From Escherichia coli (GTDB lineage Bacteria; Pseudomonadota; Gammaproteobacteria; Enterobacterales; Enterobacteriaceae): a stretch of 64,000 nucleotides of DNA. Below are positions 35,004 to 45,465 of this stretch, one piece after another. The notes beneath the pieces were generated by a model. It was not told the origin of the DNA. It ran no database searches and saw nothing but the letters and a program-made list of their open reading frames with translations. The position numbers and the translations under genes were made by a program. How positions within the stretch are numbered: position 1 is the stretch's first letter; each line of letters opens with the position of its first letter. Location of the stretch: the NCBI RefSeq assembly GCF_003018255.1, contig NZ_CP027440.1. The stretch is one strand, 5' to 3'.

Positions 35004-35022
35004 GATAATCATGATCATTCTC
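35004..35022 (+). promoter_or_regulatory. Fur box upstream of chuT
   Basis: GATAATCATGATCATTCTC immediately upstream of the proposed chuT start. Confidence 0.65.
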
Positions 35023-35045
35023 AATTTGATAAGAGTTCTCATATT

Positions 35046-35960
35046 ATGCCAAGGATCATCACCAGGCCGTTTCTTTTTTCCCCACTGACGTTATGTATTT
35101 CAGCCGTGGCCTCTGCCGCGAAGACCGCGGTAAAACGAAAAAAATTGTTTACGGCAGTACTGGCTCTTAGCTGGGCTTTTAGCGTAACGGCTACCGAACG
35201 TATCGTGGTCGCAGGAGGATCGCTGACGGAGCTAATCTACGCGATGGGCGCTGGCGAACGCGTGGTTGGTGTCGATGAAACGACATCTTATCCACCAGAA
35301 ACCGCCAAACTGCCGCATATTGGTTACTGGAAACAACTCAGCAGCGAAGGCATTTTGTCACTTCGCCCGGATAGCGTAATTACCTGGCAGGATGCAGGAC
35401 CGCAAATTGTGCTCGACCAACTGCGGGCGCAAAAAGTCAACGTCGTCACTCTGCCGCGTGTACCAGCCACCCTTGAGCAGATGTACGCCAACATTCGCCA
35501 ACTGGCAAAAACGTTACAGGTTCCTGAACAAGGCGAGGCGCTGGTGACACAGATCAACCAACGCCTGGAGCGAGTACAGCAAAACGTGGCGGCCAAAAAA
35601 GCCCCGGTTAAAGCCATGTTTATTCTCTCCGCAGGCGGAAGTGCGCCACAGGTTGCCGGTAAAGGCAGCGTCGCGGACGCCATTCTTTCGCTTGCCGGAG
35701 CAGAAAACGTCGCTACCCACCAGCAGTACAAAAGCTACAGCGCGGAATCGCTGATTGCGGCTAACCCTGAAGTGATTGTCGTCACCTCACAAATGGTCGA
35801 TGGCGATATTAATCGGCTACGTTCTATTGCCGGAATTACCCACACTGCCGCATGGAAAAACCAGCGCATTATCACCGTTGATCAAAACCTGATTCTGGGA
35901 ATGGGTCCGCGTATTGCTGATGTCGTTGAGTCTTTACACCAGCAGCTTTGGCCGCAATAA
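35046..35960 (+). CDS. chuT: Periplasmic haem-binding protein
   Basis: Class III periplasmic binding protein sequence; start is uncertain. The ORF track begins at 34968, but that ATG lies upstream of the Fur box, so the second ATG at 35046 is chosen. Confidence 0.7.
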   Translation: MPRIITRPFLFSPLTLCISAVASAAKTAVKRKKLFTAVLALSWAFSVTATERIVVAGGSLTELIYAMGAGERVVGVDETTSYPPETAKLPHIGYWKQLSSEGILSLRPDSVITWQDAGPQIVLDQLRAQKVNVVTLPRVPATLEQMYANIRQLAKTLQVPEQGEALVTQINQRLERVQQNVAAKKAPVKAMFILSAGGSAPQVAGKGSVADAILSLAGAENVATHQQYKSYSAESLIAANPEVIVVTSQMVDGDINRLRSIAGITHTAAWKNQRIITVDQNLILGMGPRIADVVESLHQQLWPQ

Positions 35961-35979
35961 ATGGATTTAAATCAGACGA

Positions 35980-37317
35980 ATGAACACAAATAACACCCTG
36001 GATCTCACGCCACATTTTGCTTTAGACGGTGATCAGCCATTTAAAGACAGGCGCGCCATGATGCCGTTTCGTGGGGCCATTCCAGTTGCCAAAGAGCAAC
36101 TGACACAGACCTGGCAAGAGATGCTCAATCAAACGGTATCACCACGTAAGCGACTGGTTTATCTACACATTCCTTTTTGTGCGACACACTGCACGTTTTG
36201 TGGTTTTTATCAGAACCGTTTTAATGACGATGCGTGTGCTCATTATACCGACGCCCTGATTCGTGAAATAGAAATGGAAGCAGACAGCGTATTGCATCAG
36301 TCTGCCCCCATCCACGCGGTCTATTTCGGTGGCGGTACGCCTTCCGCGCTTTCAGCACACGATTTGGCCAGAATCATCACCACATTACGAGAAAAGCTGC
36401 CACTGGCCCCTGATTGTGAAATCACTATTGAAGGCCGGGTACTGAATTTTGACGCTGAGCGAATCGATGCTTGCCTTGATGCTGGAGCAAACCGCTTCTC
36501 AATTGGTATTCAGTCGTTTAACAGCAAAATCCGCAAGAAAATGGCCCGCACCTCGGATGGCCCAACCGCTATTGCGTTTATGGAAAGCCTGGTCAAACGC
36601 GACCGTGCCGCGGTGGTCTGTGACCTGCTGTTTGGTCTGCCGGGTCAGGATGCGCAAACCTGGGGAGAAGATCTGGCTATTGCCCGCGATATCGGTCTCG
36701 ACGGCGTCGATCTCTATGCGCTCAATGTCCTGCCCAATACACCGCTGGGCAAAGCCGTGGAAAATGGGCGTACTACCGTGCCCTCTCCGGCAGAACGTCG
36801 CGATCTTTACCTGCAAGGGTGTGATTTTATGGACGATGCCGGTTGGCGCTGCATCAGTAACAGCCACTGGGGCCGTACCACACGCGAACGCAATCTCTAT
36901 AACCTGCTGATTAAACAAGGTGCCGATTGTCTGGCCTTTGGTTCCGGAGCCGGCGGTTCGATTAATGGTTACTCCTGGATGAACGAACGCAATCTTCAGA
37001 CCTGGCATGAATCCGTCGCAGCAGGTAAAAAACCGCTGATGATGATCATGCGTAACGCCGAACGTAACGCGCAGTGGCGTCATACCTTGCAGTCGGGCAT
37101 TGAAACGGCGCGTGTACCGCTGGACGAACTTACGCCACATGCCGAAAAACTCGCGCCGTTACTGGCCCAGTGGCACCAAAAAGGCTTAAGCCGCGATGCG
37201 TCAACGTGTCTGCGGTTGACCAATGAAGGTCGTTTCTGGGCAAGCAACATTTTGCAGTCTCTTAATGAACTGATTCAGGTACTTAATGCGCCAGCAATTG
37301 CGCTTGAAAAACCATAA
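35980..37317 (+). CDS. chuW: Radical SAM haem-degrading methyltransferase (anaerobilin synthase)
   Basis: 445 aa with radical SAM motif CATHCTFC. Confidence 0.85.
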   Translation: MNTNNTLDLTPHFALDGDQPFKDRRAMMPFRGAIPVAKEQLTQTWQEMLNQTVSPRKRLVYLHIPFCATHCTFCGFYQNRFNDDACAHYTDALIREIEMEADSVLHQSAPIHAVYFGGGTPSALSAHDLARIITTLREKLPLAPDCEITIEGRVLNFDAERIDACLDAGANRFSIGIQSFNSKIRKKMARTSDGPTAIAFMESLVKRDRAAVVCDLLFGLPGQDAQTWGEDLAIARDIGLDGVDLYALNVLPNTPLGKAVENGRTTVPSPAERRDLYLQGCDFMDDAGWRCISNSHWGRTTRERNLYNLLIKQGADCLAFGSGAGGSINGYSWMNERNLQTWHESVAAGKKPLMMIMRNAERNAQWRHTLQSGIETARVPLDELTPHAEKLAPLLAQWHQKGLSRDASTCLRLTNEGRFWASNILQSLNELIQVLNAPAIALEKP

Positions 37318-37329
37318 CAGGAGTGATTT

Positions 37330-37824
37330 ATGAGCCATGTCTCGTTACAGGAATTTTTGAAAACGGAGCCAGACGGTACGCTGGAGGCGATCGCCGAACA
37401 ATACAACACCACGCTGCTGGAGGTAGTGAAAAATCTGCCCTCTCCGACTGTTGTGTCAGGTGATAAATTCGATACTGTCTGGGATACCGTCTGCGAATGG
37501 GGCAACGTCACCACGTTAGTACATACTACCGATGTAATACTCGAATTTAGCGGCGAACTGCCTTCGGGTTTCCATCGCCACGGCTATTTCAACCTACGCG
37601 GAAAGCACGGCATGTCCGGGCATATCAAAGCAGAAAACTGCACGCATATTGCCTTGATCGAACGTAAATTTATGGGCATGGATACCGCCTCTATTCTCTT
37701 TTTCAATAAGGAAGGCAGCGCAATGCTGAAAATCTTCCTCGGTAGGGATGATCATCGTCAGCTCCTGAGCGAACAAGTCAGTGCCTTCCATGCTCTGGCA
37801 GCATCGTTAAAGGAACACGCCTGA
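37330..37824 (+). CDS. chuX: Haem utilisation protein ChuX
   Basis: 164-aa ORF in the chuTWXY cluster. Confidence 0.8.
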   Translation: MSHVSLQEFLKTEPDGTLEAIAEQYNTTLLEVVKNLPSPTVVSGDKFDTVWDTVCEWGNVTTLVHTTDVILEFSGELPSGFHRHGYFNLRGKHGMSGHIKAENCTHIALIERKFMGMDTASILFFNKEGSAMLKIFLGRDDHRQLLSEQVSAFHALAASLKEHA

Positions 37825-38447
37825 TGACACCGTGGCTACTCTTTGGCGCAGGCGGAAAAGGTGTGGGTGCCAGAACGCTTGAACTGGCGCTGGCGGAACA
37901 ACGTCCGGTCGTTGCTGTCATTCGTCATGCCGATGCCGCCACGAAACTGGCGCAACAAGGCGTACAGGTTTTTACAGGCGACGCCTGTGATGCCAGCGTA
38001 GTCGCGGCTGCTTGCCGCGCAGCTGGCCCGGATGCGCTTATCATCTCAACAATGGGCGGAGCTCAGGATTATCTGGCGCACAGAACAGTGATTGACGAGG
38101 CCGAGAAAGCAGGCATCACACGCATGATTCTGGTGACGTCACTGGGATGCGGCGATAGCTGGCCGTTTTTATCAGAGCGGGCAAAGGCTGCGTTTGGTCA
38201 GGCGGTACGGGAAAAAACGCTGGCGGAAAGCTGGTTGCAAACCAGCCAGCTTGATTATGCCATTCTCCGCCCTGGCGGTCTGCTTGATGGTGCGGCAACG
38301 GGCAAAGCACAACGGATACAAAATCAGGAGTGTCATGGTTTTATTAACCGTGCTGATGTCGCCGCACATATCCATGAACTGGCAAATGCGCCAGCACTTA
38401 ACCAGCAGGTCTACAGTCTGATTGAACCGGACCTGAAACCGGCGTGA
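37824..38447 (+). CDS. chuY: NAD(P)H-dependent anaerobilin reductase
   Basis: 207 aa with N-terminal Rossmann-like glycine motif; start overlaps the chuX stop. Confidence 0.8.
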   Translation: MTPWLLFGAGGKGVGARTLELALAEQRPVVAVIRHADAATKLAQQGVQVFTGDACDASVVAAACRAAGPDALIISTMGGAQDYLAHRTVIDEAEKAGITRMILVTSLGCGDSWPFLSERAKAAFGQAVREKTLAESWLQTSQLDYAILRPGGLLDGAATGKAQRIQNQECHGFINRADVAAHIHELANAPALNQQVYSLIEPDLKPA

Positions 38448-38495
38448 TCCCCCGGCGCGGCATGTCCGCGCCGTAATGTCGTAACGGAGTTTTGC

Positions 38496-39488
38496 GTGCT
38501 CAAGGATTCACTCTCTTCCGCCAGGGTCTTTATGGGGCTATCACTATTATTGCTAGCTCTGGTGCTGTTTGGTGCCAGTCAGGGAGCGTTAAAGATCAGT
38601 TTTGATGCCCTTTTTGATGAGGAATACCGCGATATCTGGCTCAATATTCGTCTACCACGGGTTTTGCTGGCGGTGCTGGTAGGTGCAGCGTTGGCAACCG
38701 CCGGGGTAATTATGCAGGGGCTTTTTCGCAACCCAATGGCTGACCCTGGATTACTTGGCGTCAGTAGCGGTTCTGCATTAATGGTTGGCGTTGCTATTGT
38801 GCTGCCCTTCTCCTTCCCAGTGGTGCTGGTGCTCTATGAGCAAATGGTGTTTGCCATTGCCGGAAGTTTAGTGGTCTGCACCATCATTTTTCTCATCACG
38901 CAGCGCCATCGCGATGGCAGCATGATGCAATTATTACTCGCCGGTATCGCCATCAATGCCCTGTGCGGCGCAGCGATCGGCATCCTGAGCTATATCGGCG
39001 ATGAGCAGCAGCTACGACAACTCACATTGTGGATGATGGGCAATCTTGGACAGGCGCAATGGCCGACGTTATTGGTTGCCAGTTCATTCATCCTACCGGC
39101 CATTATCGCAACAACTTGTCTCGCCGGAACGCTGAATTTACTGCAGCTCGGTGATGAAGAAGCCCATTACCTCGGCGTGAACGTTAAGCGTAAACGCCAG
39201 CAATTACTGTTAGTGAGCTCACTGCTCGTTGGTGCCGCCGTATCGGTAAGCGGCATTATCGGCTTTATTGGCCTGGTGATCCCGCATCTGATTCGCATGA
39301 CTACCGGAGCAAATCACCGCTGGCTAATCCCTTGCTCCGCCCTCGCCGGAGCCTGTTTATTGCTGATGGCAGACACGCTTGCCCGCACGCTGGTACAGCC
39401 AGCAGAAATGCCCGTGGGATTATTAACCAGCCTGCTTGGTGGTCCTTATTTTATGTGGTTGATTCTGCGCAACCGGAGGATCACATGA
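38496..39488 (+). CDS. chuU: Haem ABC transporter permease (FecCD family)
   Basis: 330 aa, GTG start, polytopic. Confidence 0.85.
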   Translation: MLKDSLSSARVFMGLSLLLLALVLFGASQGALKISFDALFDEEYRDIWLNIRLPRVLLAVLVGAALATAGVIMQGLFRNPMADPGLLGVSSGSALMVGVAIVLPFSFPVVLVLYEQMVFAIAGSLVVCTIIFLITQRHRDGSMMQLLLAGIAINALCGAAIGILSYIGDEQQLRQLTLWMMGNLGQAQWPTLLVASSFILPAIIATTCLAGTLNLLQLGDEEAHYLGVNVKRKRQQLLLVSSLLVGAAVSVSGIIGFIGLVIPHLIRMTTGANHRWLIPCSALAGACLLLMADTLARTLVQPAEMPVGLLTSLLGGPYFMWLILRNRRIT

Positions 39489-40255
39489 TCAGCGCCCAGA
39501 ATCTGGTTTATAGCCTTCAGGGGCGGCGTCTGACTGATAATGTCTCGCTGACTTTTCCCGGTGGGGAAATTGTTGCCATTCTCGGCCCTAATGGTGCGGG
39601 AAAATCTACGCTGCTTCGCCAGTTAACCGGCTATCTTCAACCTGATAGCGGCGAATGTCGGTTGTTTAATAAGCCATTAAATGAATGGTCGATTACTGAA
39701 CTGGCGAAACACCGGGCCGTGATGCGTCAAAATAGCCACATGGCGTTTCCATTCAGCGTACAAGAAGTTATCCAGATGGGGCGGCATCCGCATCGCACTG
39801 GTAATCAGGATAATGAAACAGCACAAATAATGGCGTTATGTGACTGTCAGGCGTTAGCAAACCGCGACTATCGGCAATTATCCGGTGGTGAACAACAGCG
39901 CGTACAATTAGCGCGCCTGCTGGTGCAACTCTGGGAACCAACTCCCTCACCGAAATGGTTATTTCTTGATGAACCAACTTCGGCGCTGGATATTCACCAT
40001 CAGCAGCACTTGTTCCGTTTATTACGCCAGTTAGTTCACGAACGGCAGTTCAATGTTTGCTGCGTATTGCACGATCTAAATCTTGCCGCGCGTTATGCAG
40101 ACCGTATTGTATTAATGCAAAAAGGAAAGGTTATCGCAAATGGTAAACCACAGGACGTATTGACACAGCAGGCGCTGACCATGCTTTACGGCGCGGATAT
40201 TACCGTACTTAAAGATCCTGCCAACCATTCACCCCTGATCGTCCTCGATCATTAA
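39485..40255 (+). CDS. chuV: Haem ABC transporter ATP-binding protein
   Basis: Start set at [16 protein letters not shown] overlapping the chuU stop (ATGA); Walker [10 protein letters not shown] and signature LSGGEQQR. Confidence 0.85.
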   Translation: MISAQNLVYSLQGRRLTDNVSLTFPGGEIVAILGPNGAGKSTLLRQLTGYLQPDSGECRLFNKPLNEWSITELAKHRAVMRQNSHMAFPFSVQEVIQMGRHPHRTGNQDNETAQIMALCDCQALANRDYRQLSGGEQQRVQLARLLVQLWEPTPSPKWLFLDEPTSALDIHHQQHLFRLLRQLVHERQFNVCCVLHDLNLAARYADRIVLMQKGKVIANGKPQDVLTQQALTMLYGADITVLKDPANHSPLIVLDH

Positions 40256-40306
40256 AACCAACAGGAGTACCGCACTGGTACTCCTGCGAATAAATAACTA
40301 TACAGA

Positions 40307-40954
40307 TTAGCTAATTGAAACGCCTTTCACCCCTGCCATACCTTTTAATAATCGCAACAGATCTTCTATCGACGTCGTGGCATGAAGCTGGATATCAATG
40401 GCGACCACTTCATGATCTTCATTTTCCTGCAACGAAACTAAATCCGTTTTTATTTTTTGCTGCTTAAACCAGTCGAGCATTGATACCGTATTACCGTTCA
40501 CTAATGTCAGCTGTAAATGGTAATTTTTGTTCATCAGGCGGAAGGTTAATTGATGGAAGACTTCCAGCACCAGCAAGGTCATCACTGAACCATAAATACC
40601 CAGTTCGTACATACCGCTGCCAATAACCATACCAATGGCGGCGGTCACCCAGATATCCGCTGCCGTCGTCAGACCTACAATATTTTGGTTACGAACGAGA
40701 ATGTTACCTGCACCGATAAACCCGACGCCCGTCACAACCTGAGCAGCAATACGGCTGGGGTCCAGTCCGACGTGACCTAAAGACAGCACGTCAGCAAAAC
40801 CATATTTCGAAACAATCATAAACAGGGCGCTTCCCATGCCAATTAATACATGTGTGCGTAACCCTGCTCCTTTGCCGCGCATTTGCCTTTCCATGCCAAT
40901 AGCGCCACAGGCAATTACCGCAAGTATAAGTCGTATAATAAATTCTGCTGTCAT
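40307..40954 (-). CDS. yhiD: MgtC-family inner membrane protein
   Basis: Start set at MTAEFIIRLILAVIACGAIGMERQ (215 aa). Confidence 0.85.
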   Translation of the reverse strand: MTAEFIIRLILAVIACGAIGMERQMRGKGAGLRTHVLIGMGSALFMIVSKYGFADVLSLGHVGLDPSRIAAQVVTGVGFIGAGNILVRNQNIVGLTTAADIWVTAAIGMVIGSGMYELGIYGSVMTLLVLEVFHQLTFRLMNKNYHLQLTLVNGNTVSMLDWFKQQKIKTDLVSLQENEDHEVVAIDIQLHATTSIEDLLRLLKGMAGVKGVSIS

Positions 40955-41017
40955 ATAAAAATGCAAAAAGGAGCAGCAAGATGGCTCAACTTGCTACTCC
41001 TTTTTACTTGTACCTCA

Positions 41018-41344
41018 TTAATTCGGCAAGTCATTAGATGCTTGATTTTTGAAGGTATACAAATTTTTCTGCGGGTTTTTCTTGCAGTATTCGATCACTT
41101 TAGGAATTTGAGTGAGATCGGTTTCATTTAAAGTAACGGTATCGCCACCTTTATATACTGTTTCTTCATGCAGCATCCACCACGCAACTGGTGTCATTGC
41201 TTTTGGATTCAGATCAATAAATTCCTGGCAGGTCATATCTTTAGCGGATTCATTGGCTGCCAGCGCAGATTGTGCGTTCACCAGTGACAAAGCCGCTACA
41301 GCGCCCATAAAAATAAACGCTTTACGGAGAGATGAAATGTTCAT
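41018..41344 (-). CDS. hdeB: Acid stress periplasmic chaperone HdeB
   Basis: Start set at MNISSLRKAFIFMGAVAALSLVNA (108 aa). Confidence 0.9.
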   Translation of the reverse strand: MNISSLRKAFIFMGAVAALSLVNAQSALAANESAKDMTCQEFIDLNPKAMTPVAWWMLHEETVYKGGDTVTLNETDLTQIPKVIEYCKKNPQKNLYTFKNQASNDLPN

Positions 41345-41459
41345 TTTGTAACCCATTCAATATAGAGATTATATACAAACAGGAGGAATAGCTGCTTTTA
41401 AAGAAGATATTCCGGCCTGTTCAATATGCAAGGAAATACGATGTAACGCATTCCCGGAA

Positions 41460-41792
41460 TTACATATCTTTCTTAATTTTGTCCCATTCGCCTTTAACTT
41501 TATCTTTAAAGCTGGCTTTTTTATCCTGAGTACAAGCCTGAACGATAGCTGGGGTTACGGTTGCAATACCCTGAACATCTAAAACCGCATCTTCTGGTTT
41601 ATCTTTGTTGTTCAGTGCTTCAGCAAAACCAACTGCAGTTGGCTGGAAGGATTCGTCCACAGCCAGGAAATCTTCACAGGTCCAGGAGTTGACCGGTTTT
41701 TTGTTATCAGCTGCTTTTTGTGCATCCGCTGCATTGCTCACTACTGGCAGAAGAAGCAGACCACCAAGAATAACGCCTAATACTTTTTTCAT
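41460..41792 (-). CDS. hdeA: Acid stress periplasmic chaperone HdeA
   Basis: 110 aa, signal peptide then ADAQKAADNKKPVNSWTCEDFL. Confidence 0.95.
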   Translation of the reverse strand: MKKVLGVILGGLLLLPVVSNAADAQKAADNKKPVNSWTCEDFLAVDESFQPTAVGFAEALNNKDKPEDAVLDVQGIATVTPAIVQACTQDKKASFKDKVKGEWDKIKKDM

Positions 41793-42046
41793 CGTAATAT
41801 CCTCAACTATAAAGTGAAAGAGCCGTCACGAATCAATTTCGACACTGAGGTTATAACCTGGTTTTCTGTATATGTCATGTTGATGGAAAATATCAAAATC
41901 AGATATTTTTATTTCAATACAATGAGTTACAGACGCATCAGATACTGTAATTAGGAAATTTTTATTAAATCGACTGCATTCTTACACGCGTTTTTGGCAT
42001 AGATTGATAGCAGGGGATTTTCTTCTTAATTTTATAGGGTGGTTCT

Positions 42047-42619
42047 ATGTTATATATAGATAAGGCAACAATTTTGAAGTTTGATCTGGAGATGCTTAAA
42101 AAACATCGCAGAGCAATCCAGTTTATTGCCGTGCTGCTGTTTATCGTCGGGTTGCTGTGTATCAGTTTTCCGTTCGTCTCTGGCGACATTTTAAGCACAG
42201 TAGTGGGTGCATTATTAATCTGCTCGGGCATTGCGCTTATTGTCGGGCTATTCAGCAACCGCAGTCATAATTTCTGGCCGGTATTATCCGGTTTCCTCGT
42301 CGCAGTCGCCTATTTATTGATCGGCTATTTCTTCATCCGCGCACCAGAGCTGGGCATTTTTGCCATTGCGGCATTTATTGCCGGTTTGTTCTGTGTGGCA
42401 GGGGTTATTCGCCTGATGAGTTGGTATCGTCAGCGTTCAATGAAAGGCAGTTGGCTACAGCTCGTTATTGGTGTGCTGGATATCGTCATTGCCTGGATAT
42501 TCCTTGGTGCTACGCCGATGGTGTCGGTAACGCTGGTTTCCACACTGGTGGGAATTGAACTGATATTTAGCGCCGCCAGTCTGTTCAGCTTCGCCAGTTT
42601 GTTCGTTAAAAAGCAATAA
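42047..42619 (+). CDS. hdeD: Acid-resistance membrane protein HdeD
   Basis: 190 aa multi-TM protein divergent from hdeAB. Confidence 0.9.
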   Translation: MLYIDKATILKFDLEMLKKHRRAIQFIAVLLFIVGLLCISFPFVSGDILSTVVGALLICSGIALIVGLFSNRSHNFWPVLSGFLVAVAYLLIGYFFIRAPELGIFAIAAFIAGLFCVAGVIRLMSWYRQRSMKGSWLQLVIGVLDIVIAWIFLGATPMVSVTLVSTLVGIELIFSAASLFSFASLFVKKQ

Positions 42620-43417
42620 TTATCCCTATTTCCACCTGGATCATAGTCACATTAAGTGACTATGATCCAGTTAATACTCTCTTAGCTATACAGTGTTTCA
42701 GTTCAATTACGCACTATCATTGAAACAATTGCCTGCTGTTGATTATTTCAACCTACTGAATTTAATCTGATTTTTTTCGTTCCATGGCAAATTAGCCATT
42801 TCAAACATTATCATGGCTGATATTTTCCGTGGTCAGGTTTAATGTTTTAAAAGTGCTGTGGGAAAGTGAACAAAGAGTTCCGTAAGCGTTGATGCTATGG
42901 GCGGTTAAATAAGTAATCCGGGTTCATTTTTTTGCAACTGGCGTTGATTACATTGCATAAATATCCGTGTCTCCAGACGCTATATAAAAACCTGAAGACA
43001 TGAATGAGTTATTTAATCAGGTAATTTCAATGCGTTAAAAGAAAGCTGGCAATCCAATTGCCAGCCTAAGTCGAAACAAGGAGACTCGATATTTAAATCG
43101 GATTACATTTTAACTTTAGTAATATTCTTCAGAGATCACAAACTGGTTATTGATAACTTATTCTTGGGCAGTAATCCGCAAAAGTTAACCTTTTGTTTAC
43201 TAGTTACAAACTGATAACAACCAGGAATCTTACTTAGGACCAATATATGGAGTGCGTGATGGATAAATCTGAAGTATTGATTAGTGTTAATAGACGTATT
43301 AGTTCACGAAGGGCAAAGTTCTTATAGGCGTTTACTATATTGAACAACGATTCGGACAAGGATGTAAATAATGAAAAGGATGACATGTTCGAAACGATAA
43401 CGGCTAAGGAGCAAGTT

Positions 43418-43945
43418 ATGATTTTTCTCATGACGAAAGATTCTTTTCTTTTACAGGGCTTTTGGCAGTTGAAAGATAATCACGAAATGATAAAAATCAA
43501 TTCCCTGTCAGAGATCAAAAAAGTAGGCAATAACCCCTTCAAGGTTATCATTGATACCTATCACAATCATATCCTTGATGAAGAAGCGATTAAATTTCTG
43601 GAGAAATTAGATGCCGAGAGAATTATTGTTTTGGCACCTTATCACATCAGTAAACTAAAAGCTAAAGCGCCTATTTATTTTGTCAGCCGCAAAGAAAGTA
43701 TCAAAAATCTTCTTGAGATTACTTATGGTAAACACTTGCCCCATAAGAATTCACAATTATGTTTTTCACATAATCAGTTCAAAATTATGCAACTGATTCT
43801 GAAAAATAAAAATGAAAGCAATATCACGTCGACGCTCAATATTTCGCAACAAACATTAAAGATTCAGAAATTCAACATTATGTACAAACTGAAACTAAGA
43901 CGTATGAGCGACATCGTCACCCTGGGTATCACATCTTATTTTTAG
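43418..43945 (+). CDS. gadE: LuxR-family acid resistance activator GadE
   Basis: Start set at MIFLMTKDSFLLQGFWQL (175 aa); the ORF track's 201-aa form carries a 26-codon extension. Confidence 0.9.
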   Translation: MIFLMTKDSFLLQGFWQLKDNHEMIKINSLSEIKKVGNNPFKVIIDTYHNHILDEEAIKFLEKLDAERIIVLAPYHISKLKAKAPIYFVSRKESIKNLLEITYGKHLPHKNSQLCFSHNQFKIMQLILKNKNESNITSTLNISQQTLKIQKFNIMYKLKLRRMSDIVTLGITSYF

Positions 43946-44283
43946 TCAGGACATAAGCAACTGAAATTGATGGCTGGCATGACGAGGGATGCAGATGCTG
44001 ATTTCATTACCCCCGGTGATTACTAAAGGAGAGGCGAAAACGACTTTATTCCCCTGGTATATGTATCCACCAGTAGAACCCTTCGTTGCCCGAATGCTGG
44101 CAGGAACTGTTGGCAGAACGGCAACATTTTTTTTGTCGTTGACCTCACCATGTCGATCACTGTGCCTGTATCCCACCTTACTGGCTGACAACCCCACTAT
44201 GCCGCTGGTCTGTAAATCCCTCATATCTCTCCTCGCGCGCAATTTAAAGAACCGTTATTTCTCAAGAATTTTCAGGGACTAAA

Positions 44284-45441
44284 ATGAACAGAAGAAGAAA
44301 GCTGTTAATACCGTTGTTATTCTGCGGCGCGATGCTCACCGCCTGCGATGACAAATCGGCGGAAAACGCCGCCGCCATGACGCCTGAGGTCGGTGTCGTC
44401 ACACTCTCCCCCGGTTCGGTCAATGTGTTGAGCGAATTGCCTGGTAGAACCGTTCCTTATGAAGTTGCCGAGATACGTCCCCAGGTGGGCGGTATTATCA
44501 TTAAACGCAACTTTATCGAAGGCGATAAAGTGAACCAGGGCGATTCGCTGTATCAGATTGATCCTGCGCCTTTACAGGCAGAGCTGAACTCCGCCAAAGG
44601 CTCGCTGGCGAAAGCGCTCTCTACCGCCAGCAATGCCCGCATCACCTTTAACCGCCAGGCATCGTTGCTGAAGACCAACTACGTTAGCCGTCAGGATTAC
44701 GACACCGCGCGCACCCAGTTGAATGAAGCAGAAGCCAATGTCACCGTCGCCAAAGCGGCTGTTGAACAGGCGACTATCAACCTGCAATACGCAAATGTCA
44801 CCTCGCCGATTACGGGCGTCAGCGGGAAATCGTCGGTGACCGTCGGCGCACTCGTTACCGCTAATCAGGCAGATTCGCTGGTTACCGTACAACGTCTGGA
44901 CCCGATTTATGTCGATCTCACGCAGTCGGTGCAGGATTTCTTGCGCATGAAAGAAGAGGTCGCCAGTGGGCAAATCAAACAGGTTCAGGGCAGTACGCCA
45001 GTACAGCTCAATCTGGAAAATGGTAAACGTTACAGCCAGACCGGCACGCTGAAATTCTCCGACCCGACGGTGGATGAAACCACGGGCTCCGTGACGTTAC
45101 GGGCGATTTTCCCCAACCCAAATGGTGACTTGCTGCCTGGCATGTACGTCACGGCATTAGTGGATGAAGGTAGCCGCCAGAATGTATTACTGGTGCCGCA
45201 GGAAGGCGTCACCCACAACGCCCAGGGTAAAGCAACGGCGCTCATTCTGGATAAAGACGATGTTGTGCAGCTACGCGAAATTGAAGCCAGCAAAGCCATC
45301 GGCGACCAGTGGGTTGTCACCTCTGGCTTGCAGGCTGGCGATCGGGTGATCGTTTCCGGTTTGCAACGCATTCGTCCGGGTATCAAAGCACGAGCAATTT
45401 CCTCCAGCCAGGAAAACGCCAGCACCGAATCGAAACAATAA
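44284..45441 (+). CDS. mdtE: RND efflux membrane fusion protein
   Basis: 385 aa, lipoprotein signal (LTAC). Confidence 0.9.
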   Translation: MNRRRKLLIPLLFCGAMLTACDDKSAENAAAMTPEVGVVTLSPGSVNVLSELPGRTVPYEVAEIRPQVGGIIIKRNFIEGDKVNQGDSLYQIDPAPLQAELNSAKGSLAKALSTASNARITFNRQASLLKTNYVSRQDYDTARTQLNEAEANVTVAKAAVEQATINLQYANVTSPITGVSGKSSVTVGALVTANQADSLVTVQRLDPIYVDLTQSVQDFLRMKEEVASGQIKQVQGSTPVQLNLENGKRYSQTGTLKFSDPTVDETTGSVTLRAIFPNPNGDLLPGMYVTALVDEGSRQNVLLVPQEGVTHNAQGKATALILDKDDVVQLREIEASKAIGDQWVVTSGLQAGDRVIVSGLQRIRPGIKARAISSSQENASTESKQ

Positions 45442-45465
45442 CGTTGCAGGCTTAAGGGGACTTTC

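Noticed and set aside
34968-35045. N-terminal 26-codon extension of chuT
   Set aside because: Lies upstream of and across the Fur box/promoter; the downstream ATG is more plausible.
39332-39484. 51-codon upstream extension of chuV overlapping chuU
   Set aside because: Lies entirely within chuU in another frame; the ATGA-coupled start at 39485 gives the canonical ABC ATPase N-terminus.
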